64,000 nt of DNA from Octopus vulgaris. Lineage: Eukaryota. Of this stretch, positions 27,101 through 34,416 are shown piece by piece. Position 1 is the stretch's first letter; each line of letters starts with the position of its first letter. The stretch lies in assembly GCA_951406725.2 (NCBI GenBank), contig OX597821.1:117490001-117554000 (forward strand). The letters run 5' to 3'. A model generated the notes under the pieces. The model made no database searches. It was not told the DNA's origin and saw only the letters and a program-made list of their open reading frames with translations. The translations under genes were made by a program, and so were the position numbers.

Positions 27101-29211
27101 CCCAATGACTGGTGCAGCAGCACCATAGTCAACTGCTACAAGGGTAAGGGTGATGCTCTAGATAGAAATAACTACAGAGGTATCAAACTGTTGGACCAGG
27201 TGATGAAGGTCTCAGAGAAGGTCATAACCAATCTCATTAGGGAGAGAATTTGTTTAGATGAAATGCAGTTCGGTTTTGTACCAGGTAGAAGCACCACTGA
27301 TGCTATATTCCTGGTCCGACAACTGCAGGAGAAGTACCTAGCTACAGATAAACCCCTCTACATAGCTTTTGTAGACTTGGAGAAAGCCTTTGACAGGGTT
27401 CCCCGTTCCCTTATCTGGTGGTCGATGCGGAAACTGGAGATTGAAGAATGGCTAATAAGGGCTGTACAGGCTCTATACAGAGAGGCTGTCAGCAAGGTTA
27501 GGATTGGCAACGAATATAGTGAAGAATTCCGGGTAGAAGTAGGTGTGCACCAGGGCTCAGCCCTCAGTCCCCTTTTATTCATCATAGTCCTTCAGGCAAT
27601 AACAGAGGAATTCAAAACGGGATGCCCCTGGGAGCTCCTCTATGCCGATGACCTAGCTCTCATAGCAGAATCACTACCGGAACTAGAAGAGAAATTTCGG
27701 GTGTGGAAGCAAGGGTTGGAATCAAAGGGCCTTAGAATAAATGTAGCAAAGACCAAAGTATTAGTAAGCAGCAAGAGGTACTCAGCACACATCCCCTCGG
27801 GTAGGTGGCCCTGCTCAACCTGTAGGAAAGGTACAGGTAGAAACTCCATAAGATGCACCCAATGTAAGTTATGGACACATAAGAGGTGCAGCAACATTAA
27901 AGGGAAATTAACAGATAAGATAGCTTTCATGTGCGGCAGATGCACAGGGACAATAGACACAACAGACACTCAGAAAACAGATTCCATCACACTCCAGGGA
28001 GAGAAACTAGAAGTAGTTGATAGTTTCCGCTACCTGGGAGACCAAGTTAGTAGCGGAGGTGGATGCACAGAGAGTATCACCACTAGAATACGAATAGCCT
28101 GGGCAAAGTTCAGAAAGCTCCTACCCCTACTGGCAACAAAAGGTCTCTCCCTCAGAGCAAAAGGTAGATTGTATGATGCATGTGTGCGAACTGCCATGCT
28201 TCACGGTAATGAAACATGGGCTGTGACTGCAGAAGACATGCGTAGACTTGAAAGAAATGAAGCTAGCATGATCCGCTGGATGTGTAGTGTCAGTGTGCAC
28301 GCAAAACAGAGTGTAAGTATCCTGAGAGAAATGCTGGATATAAGAAGCATCAGATGTGGTGTGCAAGAGCGACGCTTGCGATGGTATGGTCATGTGCTGC
28401 GGATGGATGAAGAGAGATGTGTGAAGAAGTGCCACTCCCAAACAGTTGAAGGTATCAGGGGGAGAGGTAGACCCAGGAAGACATGGGATGAGGTGGTCAA
28501 GCATGACCTCAGAGCATTGGGCCTCACTGAGGCAATGGCGAAGGACCGAGATCTCTGGAGATATGCTGTGACTACAAAGACCCGGGCTGCTTTCTGCAGC
28601 AATTCCACATACCCACTACCCATTCTAAGTACCCCGGATCCCCAAAGTACCCTGGATCCCCAAAGTACCCCGATCCCCAAAGTACCCCGGACCTCGTTGC
28701 CCCCGTGCCGCTGACACGTTAAAATGCTCGAACCGATCGTGACGATGCCAGACCCTCCGGCCCCTGTGCAGGTGGCACGTAAAAGCACCCAATCCACTCA
28801 CGGAGTGGTTGGCGTTAGGAAGGGCATCCAGCCGTAGAAACTCTGCCAGATTCAGACTGGAGCCTGGAGTGGCCCCTGGCTTCCCAGACCCGGTCGAACC
28901 GTCCAACCCGTGCTAGCGCGGAAAGCGGACGTTAAACGATGATGATGATGATGATATATATATATATATATATATATATGAAGGCAGATGTTAAATGATG
29001 ATGATGATTATATCTATCTATATGTATATATTGTTGACTAACAAACGTTTGTTCTTTTTTTTGTTTTCAGGTTCCGCCAAAGCCCGAGGAAGAAGAATTT
29101 GAGGAAGAAGTGCATAAACTCAATGACATACAGGCTCGTACCACAACTGGTCGTTCCCGAGCGCCTGTCAAATATTTTGAGGAGGATGAATCTGAAGAAG
29201 AGTTTTACTAG
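1136..29211 (+). CDS. TOP2: DNA topoisomerase II, 3' part (C-terminal domain), spliced; 5' exons lie upstream of the window
   Basis: Exons 1136-1223, 4595-4786, 11095-11290, 13564-13763, 15279-15404, 16336-16434 and/or 18386-18481, 23126-23223, 29071-29211 join in frame with GT-AG ends. [12 protein letters not shown]...RERIPRRAA and terminal [21 protein letters not shown] resemble the vertebrate TOP2A/B C-terminal domain. Confidence 0.9.
1968..2330 (+). mobile_element. tRNA-derived SINE; other copies ~13200-13510(-), 40960-41130, 44395-44762(-), 47520-47915(-), 59895-60330
   Basis: A-box-like TGGCTGTGTGG, B-box GGTTCAATCCC, body CACCTTGGGCAAGTGTCTTCTACTATAGCC. Confidence 0.8.
2419..2730 (-). 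mobile_element. RTE-tail SINE copy, near-identical to 49157-49412
   Basis: (CAT)n tail then the same conserved tail in reverse. Confidence 0.8.
2731..3676. repeat. ~950-bp compound (TATG)n/(TA)n microsatellite
   Basis: visible; source of the spurious Y/I/H/M/V/C-rich ORFs. Confidence 0.97.
3677..4531 (+). mobile_element. mariner transposon relic, internally deleted and frameshifted
   Basis: [16 protein letters not shown] start, [12 protein letters not shown] and [13 protein letters not shown] motifs; degenerate TIRs GGTGTAGTCAAATGTATCCGAC / GTTGAATACTTTTTGACTACGCC. Confidence 0.85.
4595..4786 (+). CDS. TOP2: TOP2 exon (AKKPRQPR...[12 protein letters not shown]...RERIPRRAA)
   Basis: atag acceptor, gtgagt donor, 192 nt, phase 1/1; resembles TOP2A KKRNPWSDSESD...PRRAA. 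Confidence 0.9.
5508..6013. mobile_element. palindromic element: two head-to-head arms, each tRNA-like head + (AAT)n + hammerhead motif
   Basis: 5508-5755 is the reverse complement of 5756-5985; arms contain CTGATGA...GAAAC. Confidence 0.75.
5559..5602 (-). ncRNA. minimal type I hammerhead ribozyme motif
   Basis: ACGC CUGAUGA A GGCUG-loop-CAGCC GAAAC GUU GUGU; stems I and II pair, palindromic AACGUU stem III. Confidence 0.65.
8005..8300 (-). mobile_element. RTE-tail SINE copy left of the inverted TOP2 exon
   Basis: family motifs in reverse orientation. Confidence 0.75.
8451..8673 (-). pseudogene. TOP2: inverted isolated copy of a TOP2 breakage-reunion-domain exon within a TOP2 intron
   Basis: Minus strand reads [74 protein letters not shown], no stops, bounded by cttttag and gtgatt; P.YY.PIIPM.LVNG..GIGTGWS is a type IIA topoisomerase signature. 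Confidence 0.85.
8715..8865 (+). mobile_element. RTE-tail SINE copy right of the inverted TOP2 exon
   Basis: CACTCTGTCGAGTGGTTGGTGTTGGGAAGGGCATCCAGCTG...GGATGTTAAACGAT. Confidence 0.7.
11095..11290 (+). CDS. TOP2: TOP2 exon ([16 protein letters not shown]...FFAPKK)
   Basis: atag acceptor, gtaagt donor, phase 1/2; acidic CTD sequence. Confidence 0.85.
11470..11785 (+). mobile_element. RTE-tail SINE copy
   Basis: family motifs and (GAT)n tail. Confidence 0.8.
13564..13763 (+). CDS. TOP2: TOP2 exon ([25 protein letters not shown]...KEPMK)
   Basis: tttcag acceptor, gtgagt donor, phase 2/1. Confidence 0.85.
13814..14395. repeat. inverted-repeat element, ~130-bp arms (13814-13946, 14268-14395); further partial copy at ~58105-58210
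   Basis: GTTGCTGTAATTTAGCCCCAGGAGACATCGTCTCCA mirrored; internal direct duplication 13990-14100 vs 14320-14455. Confidence 0.75.
14188..14230 (+). ncRNA. minimal hammerhead ribozyme motif, different family
   Basis: CUGUG CUGAUGA AGGG-AAAUAA-CCCA GAAA UC-GU-GA UA CACAG; 5-bp stem I CUGUG/CACAG. Confidence 0.6.
14535..15150 (+). mobile_element. decayed LINE RT fragment (CR1/Jockey-like)
   Basis: [10 protein letters not shown]...DGVLS...NSGV remnant preceding the QGS motif region; heavily mutated. Confidence 0.45.
15279..15404 (+). CDS. TOP2: TOP2 exon ([15 protein letters not shown]...KTTEKS)
   Basis: tttacag acceptor, gtaaat donor, 126 nt, phase 1/1. Confidence 0.8.
16336..16434 (+). CDS. 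TOP2: TOP2 candidate exon, copy A ([33 protein letters not shown])
   Basis: tttag acceptor, gtactt donor, 99 nt, phase 1/1, no stop. Confidence 0.65.
18386..18481 (+). CDS. TOP2: TOP2 candidate exon, copy B ([32 protein letters not shown])
   Basis: duplicate of 16336-16434; tttag/gtactt, 96 nt, phase 1/1, no stop. Confidence 0.6.
18525..19611. mobile_element. second palindromic tRNA-head/hammerhead element, left arm interrupted by another repeat (~18670-19230)
   Basis: symmetry centre ATGCTCGGGCAT at ~19375-19386; degenerate hammerhead motifs at ~18589-18630 (-) and ~19523-19566 (+). Confidence 0.7.
21872..21915 (+). ncRNA. minimal type I hammerhead ribozyme motif in a single-arm copy (~21800-21970)
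   Basis: ACAC CUGAUGA A GGCUG-loop-CAGCC GAAAC GUU GUGU. Confidence 0.7.
22455..22990 (-). mobile_element. RTE-tail SINE copy with multiple ~58-bp internal repeats
   Basis: repeated GGATGGTGCTTTTTACGTGCCAC units. Confidence 0.8.
23126..23223 (+). CDS. TOP2: TOP2 exon ([33 protein letters not shown]; NLS-like)
   Basis: ttctag acceptor, gtaaga donor, phase 1/0. Confidence 0.85.
23429..24134. mobile_element. nest of piggyBac-like MITEs: two ~230-bp copies inside a third element
   Basis: TTAA-CCCTTT...AAAGGG-TTAA termini; inner copies ~23445-23672 and ~23698-23925; other copies ~22119-22364, 32760-32990. Confidence 0.7.
25320..25640 (+). mobile_element. RTE-tail SINE copy, 3' end truncated
   Basis: family motifs. 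Confidence 0.75.
25751..26184 (+). repeat. direct duplication of a ~190-bp unit (25751-25940, 25995-26184) abutting the LINE
   Basis: near-identical copies ATACATTGATAACTTG...GATGCCCGCAG, period 244 bp. Confidence 0.9.
26186..28714 (+). CDS. RTE ORF2 fragment (RT plus embedded PHD finger), open frame, endonuclease mostly missing
   Basis: uninterrupted frame containing the 825-aa ORF track entry 26237-28714; no initiator ATG at its 5' end. Confidence 0.8.
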   Translation, partial: DSASQIDFILTRQRDAGLLLNTKTLLGEECIPQHRLIISDFKLEARRTPRNKPIQKRRIWRLKNPSHGQKFRDILIKKFDEREEELQTSDIEGSWEFLRDSLLSATDQVCGWCKVPSRPRITWWWNSAVDKAICEKRRAWKAWKDGGSRELYQIAKREAGRQVYIAKDVAEKKKFANVQRREDQRAEVFRIARQCVRENSDVIGEKCVRMDDGALAFTTSEKKEAWRSHYERLLNEENEWEEESLPNVDPVEGTSSLVDKAIKDMKPGKAPGLSGITAEMLKTAGYVGYAIVTRIVNQVVHNGVIPNDWCSSTIVNCYKGKGDALDRNNYRGIKLLDQVMKVSEKVITNLIRERICLDEMQFGFVPGRSTTDAIFLVRQLQEKYLATDKPLYIAFVDLEKAFDRVPRSLIWWSMRKLEIEEWLIRAVQALYREAVSKVRIGNEYSEEFRVEVGVHQGSALSPLLFIIVLQAITEEFKTGCPWELLYADDLALIAESLPELEEKFRVWKQGLESKGLRINVAKTKVLVSSKRYSAHIPSGRWPCSTCRKGTGRNSIRCTQCKLWTHKRCSNIKGKLTDKIAFMCGRCTGTIDTTDTQKTDSITLQGEKLEVVDSFRYLGDQVSSGGGCTESITTRIRIAWAKFRKLLPLLATKGLSLRAKGRLYDACVRTAMLHGNETWAVTAEDMRRLERNEASMIRWMCSVSVHAKQSVSILREMLDIRSIRCGVQERRLRWYGHVLRMDEERCVKKCHSQTVEGIRGRGRPRKTWDEVVKHDLRALGLTEAMAKDRDLWRYAVTTKTRAAFCSNSTYPLPILSTPDPQSTLDPQSTPIPKVPRTSLPPCR
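28626..28693 (+). repeat. ~18-bp minisatellite (AAGTACCCCGGATCCCCA) x ~4 in the LINE 3' region
   Basis: visible tandem units. Confidence 0.8.
29071..29211 (+). CDS. TOP2: TOP2 terminal coding exon ([10 protein letters not shown]...[21 protein letters not shown])
   Basis: strong acceptor ttgttttcag, phase 0, TAG at 29209-29211; resembles the conserved TOP2 C-terminal motif. Confidence 0.9.
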   Translation, partial: VPPKPEEEEFEEEVHKLNDIQARTTTGRSRAPVKYFEEDESEEEFY

Positions 29212-29475
29212 TTCTATTCTCTGGTTCCATTAACTTAGACATTGCTCAGATACCTTTCCATTAACGAACTGGCATCACTTTATTTGAAACATTTCAAATT
29301 CGTGTTCACTTATTTTCAAATGTTTATTTTTCATTTTTATCATATATATATATTGTATTATTTTATTAGTTGAGTTTTTTTTTAACTTATTTCGTGAATT
29401 TTATTTTATTTTTAAAAAAAAGAAACGAAACAAAGCCCTTTTTTTTTAAAAAAAAATATTTCCTTCAGATTTCAT

Positions 29476-29481
29476 AATAAA
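29476..29481 (+). terminator. candidate TOP2 polyadenylation signal AATAAA
   Basis: AATAAA about 265 nt after the stop in a U-rich 3' UTR; more AATAAA near 29970. Confidence 0.35.
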
Positions 29482-30660
29482 AGGTTTTAGGAACTTCTCC
29501 CATCCCATAACAACTCCATCCCTTTTTAGGTTTCATTCATCTTGTTAATTCTCTCCACATGACTTCATCTTCTTTTTATCTTTATAACAACTCTCCATCA
29601 GTCCTCTTCCACTTACCTTTCTCCCAAAAGTCCTGTTTGTTTAGTTCAGGCTTTTGAACTGAGGTGGTAGGAGGTATAAAAACATCCAGATATTCATTCC
29701 ATTTCTGTCTCATCTTCATTAATTTTACTGCAGCAATTGTGAACCACTGACCCAACCACACACAAAACAACCATCCTTGTCAGGTGATATTGCTCTATTC
29801 TGGCGTGGCTGTCTGTCTGTCTGTCTGTGTGTCTGTTTGCGTGGAAGGCCGTTAAATTCTTGTACTTACCAATTTCCATAACTTATTCCTTTCACTCAAT
29901 GCTGTCATATTTCTTATCTCATTCGCAAGAAATGGTTTTATGTTTGCATTGAAGACTCAAAAAAAAAAAAATAAATAAATAAAAAGGAAAAAAAAAAAGG
30001 GGGTCATTCAGCAATTTCAACGTTTTCCCTTTGACAATGGACTGCGTGTGTAAAGTGAATGGCGTATGTGATGCAGAGATTGGATTGTGTGTTTCTGTTC
30101 TTGTCTGTTGTTTGTTTAAATGCCTGCAGTATTAAGGGAGGAAGGAGAACACTTACTTTTCTTTTCTTTCTCTCTCTCTCCCTTCTCTTCTCTTGGTTCT
30201 CAGATTAATGAAAGAAAAGGCATCGATGGTTTTTACAACCATCCACATTTGCATACAAACAGTTGGACTCAAGGTGTTGCTGTGACAGCAATCAAGTGGA
30301 GTGTGCAGCAGGGCATAAACGTGATTGTAAATGCTGTGCCATGTCTGAAGGAGTGAATGTCTGTTGGCACACCACCACAATTTCCGTGGTTGGATCATGT
30401 GTGTTACTGTTACAATTTTTAGCAGGACTTCTATATATCAGTCACCAAATCACCCTGAGTCTAAGGGATTTGGCCAACGAACCTCAGTGTTTTAAATAAA
30501 TCTCCACATATTTACACACATGTTGTTGTTGTTCTTTATTTCTTTTTTTTTTCTCTCAACACATACAGATATTTGTCGATTTTGTTTTTGTATTCTGTTG
30601 GGAAACCAATTTCCAGGTGCTAAACTTCTCTAGTGAAAGCCTGGGGTCTTGTGGTTAGGG

Positions 30661-30929
30661 CAGTGTTTCTCAACCAGAGTTCACATGATCCTTGCGGGAC
30701 CATATAAGATTTTGTTGCTTAAATTTATGTGGAATAATTTAGTTATACTTTCACAATGCACAAAATGTTTTAACAATGTTTTTGTACAGTCCCTAATAAC
30801 ATCTAATTATAAAAGTAAAATAGGATTTTTTTGTTTTTTTTTTGAAACATCAAATGGCTATGAAGATCCAGCAGAGTAAAGTAGGAAATCAGAAGGGATC
30901 CATAGGCATAAAACGGTTGAGAACCACCG
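30661..30929. mobile_element. non-autonomous hAT/Buster-type MITE; related copies ~332-581, ~17907-18149
   Basis: termini CAGTGTTTCTCAACC...GGTTGAGAACCACCG; degenerate TSD GGTTAGGG/GGTAAGGT. Confidence 0.65.
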
Positions 30930-31659
30930 GGTAAGGTTGTGCCACTCATGGTAGCAAGATTGTGGTTTCAGTTCCTGGAGCAGGTGGTGTGTTGTGTTCT
31001 TGTGCAAAGCATGTTGGGTGTGAATGAATAACCCTGCTATGGAAAGCGGATGTTAAATGATGATGATGATATAGTTTACTTTTCCATTGAGGTAAGATCA
31101 ACAAAAAAGTATTCAATTCAGTGAGAGATGAAAATTATTTAATTTACACGGCATACAGTTACAAGCTACTAATAGTTTCATGCCTTGGAGATGTAGTCTG
31201 GCTGAGTTCTAATAACATGCTTTGTGTCTCCAAGCAATCTTTGTGTTCTGAGCACAGGCCTATACAGCTCACAAATTAGGAGACTAGGACAAGAGAAACT
31301 GAGAAAAAGCAAGGTGGATGCAAAAAGTCGAAGGGTGGGGGAAAAAAAAAAAGAAAAATAGAATTATCTCCCCTCTGATTGTAAAGCCATAATAAAGTTG
31401 TAGAATGGCTCGACAGACAAGAAGTCTGAAGACTGCAATGCAGCTGCTCAATTCGGAGGGGCTGGTCTCTTCAGCAGCAGCATTCCAGTTATATTGAAAA
31501 ATTCATACCATTTCTAATAACATCTAACCATAGAAGTCATCCATAAATAATGTGCTTTTTTCAATTGCATGAACTAAAAGTTGGAGGGGGATGGGATAAA
31601 CTACCTGAATCAACTTGCTATGAAAGGAGGTAGTAATTTTACCTTGTACTTATTCTTAG

Positions 31660-32423
31660 TGCTGCTTTTGAAGAGTGCAGCTCGATTTTAACAGTTACTT
31701 TTTCAAAGTTATAATGGAAGTGACACAGGAGCATATTTGGCATATTTTGCTTTCCAATCTCAATAAAGACAACAACACAATGGAGAGTGCAAGGAATATT
31801 ACTGCAGTGTAAGTCAGTGTCAGTGGTGGTTCCAGAAATTCTGAGCCAGAAGCTACAATCTAGAAGATGAGCCTTGTCCTGGAAGATCTGTAGAGCTTGA
31901 TGATGATGACCTGCAAACCCTGGTGGAACAAAAACCCAATTGTAAATGGCAGAGAAGCTTGGATTTGGTCGTTCAACCAGTCATTCAAAGTAAGTGCTAG
32001 AAGAAAAACAACCATCTTTGGTTTCACGACAAAAGGTGTTCTTCCATCAGGATAATGCTCGGCCACACACAGTGAGGATGACATTCCAAAGGCTGGAGCA
32101 GTTTGAATGGGAAACGATGCCCCACCAACCATATTTGCCAGACATTGCCCCATTTGATTATCATTTATTTTAGTCTTCAAAATCATTTGGATGGTAAAAG
32201 TATGAATTCTTTAGATGGTTTCAGAATAGTACTGGAGGAGTATTTTTCATCATGGACAAGTGGATTTTGGAAGAGGAGCCTTGCAAGTCTACCAGAGAGA
32301 TAAAAGAATATTGTATAAATTGAAGGAGAGTATATTTTAGATGAAAAAAAGAATTTTGTTTATCTTAATTTTTAAAAATAAAAGACGTATAAAAAAACCT
32401 GCATCATTTATGGGATGGGCCAT
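31660..32423 (+). mobile_element. second, more decayed mariner relic
   Basis: WFQKF..LEDEPCPGR, FHQDNARPH and PYLPDIAPFDYHLF..LQNHLDGK fragments with stops and frameshifts. Confidence 0.75.
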
Positions 32424-34416
32424 AAGAGGGGTTTTTAAATGTGGAATGGCTGTGAGGGTCCACCTATGTGAAATAAGAATGGATGGGGCCCAGAGGCCAA
32501 AAAATGGTTGAGAACCACTGGTTTAGATAATCAGAGTTATCTCTGGGGGTTGTCGTTTAGTAGATTTTTTTTTTACACACCTTGAGGGAGTAATTGTTCA
32601 CTAACTGCAAAGATAATTCTAGCTAATTGAAAACTTTTCAACAAGCCATGTTATGTGAGACTCTGTCATCTTGTTTACTGTGTAAGATTCAGAGCAGGAA
32701 TGGCTGGGTTGACAGAAGAGTGTTTATAAAGAGTTGAGATGGAAGGTCAATGATGCTTAGCACCTTTTGGTTACCATATTTCTGTTGAGGTGCTCTGTTG
32801 TTTTTTTTCAATTAATATTAAATATAAGAAAGAATTCATTAAAATAACTTAGTCATCATTAAGCTAGTGTTAGGAACATAAATTGTGACTAAGGTTTGGT
32901 GGAAGATTTTAATTCAGAATTTTTGAAAACAAGACATTTGTACTACCAAGCCAGAGGTGGTTTCAGACGGGTCGGTATCAAAAGGGTTAATCTATCACCA
33001 GCAAGGAATTTTATGTCACATAAAATGTTCCAAAGTTGTCTTACTTTAAAGTAATCCTGGTTAAGCAGACCTACAGTCAAAAAATCACTCTTACCATTAC
33101 CATCTTGCTTAAAAAGAGAAATGTATAGACATAGGAATGGGTGTGTGACTGAGAGGTTTGCATGGCTCAGTGGCTAGAACATCAGGATCACATTCAAGAG
33201 ATAGTGAGTTTGATTCCTGGACCGGGCTGTGTGTTGTGTTCTTGAGCAAAACAATTTGTTTCACATTGCTCCAGTTCAATCATCTGTAGAAATGAGTTGC
33301 GACGTCACTCATGTGAAGTTGTATCATCCTTTGCCTTTCCCTTGGATAACATCAGTGGCATGGAAAGTGGAGGCTGGTATGCATGGGTGACTGCTGGTCT
33401 TCCATAAACAGCCTTGCCTGGACTTGTGCTTGGAGGAGAACTTTACATTGTGTGGTGGGTGCTTCTACCGAGGCACTGGCATGAGTGCTTTTTATGTGGC
33501 TCTGGCACAGGCCAATTTTCTTCACTAGCAGTCACCTTAACACTTTTGCTGTGGAGTAGAGATTTTTTGAGTACATCAAGGCACCAGGCATCTTGGTCCT
33601 TTGTCATCTCATTTGAAAAGTTCAGCATCCTGAGGTTGTCCTTGTAACAGGATGAGAGATTCCCGCACTGGATGGGTGCTGCTCGCATCCTTTACACCAA
33701 ATATTAATTGAAGAAAGAGTCAAGATTTTCCCTTAACTTCAACAGTATAAATATTTATTCTTTGATTCGCAATATAAACATTTCCTTCCTCTGGGTGAAT
33801 CGGCAGCTTGGGATCTTATCAGCAGTAGTCAATCGTGCCCGTTCAAGCATAGCGGGGATGCGCCACGAGGTAGCAGCTCGATAGAGCTGCTGGAGACCCG
33901 TTTGTATCGTTTAGCTGCTAGCATCAAAGACAGATACAAGAGAATTTCGTTGCTGCTAGTTTTCTGCACGTGTATGAGGGAACTTCCGGAAGATTCCAAC
34001 CCTGCACACGCGTGCTGGAGATTTCCAAGATGGCATCACTACATCTTTTAGTACTTCATCCCATGTCTTCACCAATTCCATCCAATTTGAGAGATCACCA
34101 CTTCCTTGTGGAGCTGTCAGCATCCATCTGCATCACATGATCAAACCAGTGGAGTATTTATATATGTATATATATACTGGCATTAGGAAGGGCATCCAGC
34201 TGTCTTTGCTTGGTTTATATATATGATGGGCTTCTTTTAGTTTCCATGTATTGAATCCACTCACAAGGCTTTGATCAGCCCATAGTGCTATAGTAGAAGG
34301 TGCCATGCTGTAAGACTGAACCAGGGCCCATGTTACTGGGAAGCATGCACAGAAGTATGTACACCCCTAAAAAAATTTCAGTAAAATTGCTATTACTCTG
34401 ATAATATCCTGTAGGG

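Larger units (their letters stand above)
26185..28955 (+). mobile_element. 5'-truncated RTE-type non-LTR retrotransposon in the last TOP2 intron, ending in a (GAT)n tail
   Basis: Starts at the end of the APE endonuclease (SQIDFIL...QHRLI); RT motifs [40 protein letters not shown]; RTE-like C-terminus RLRWYGHV...GRGRPRKTW. Confidence 0.92.
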
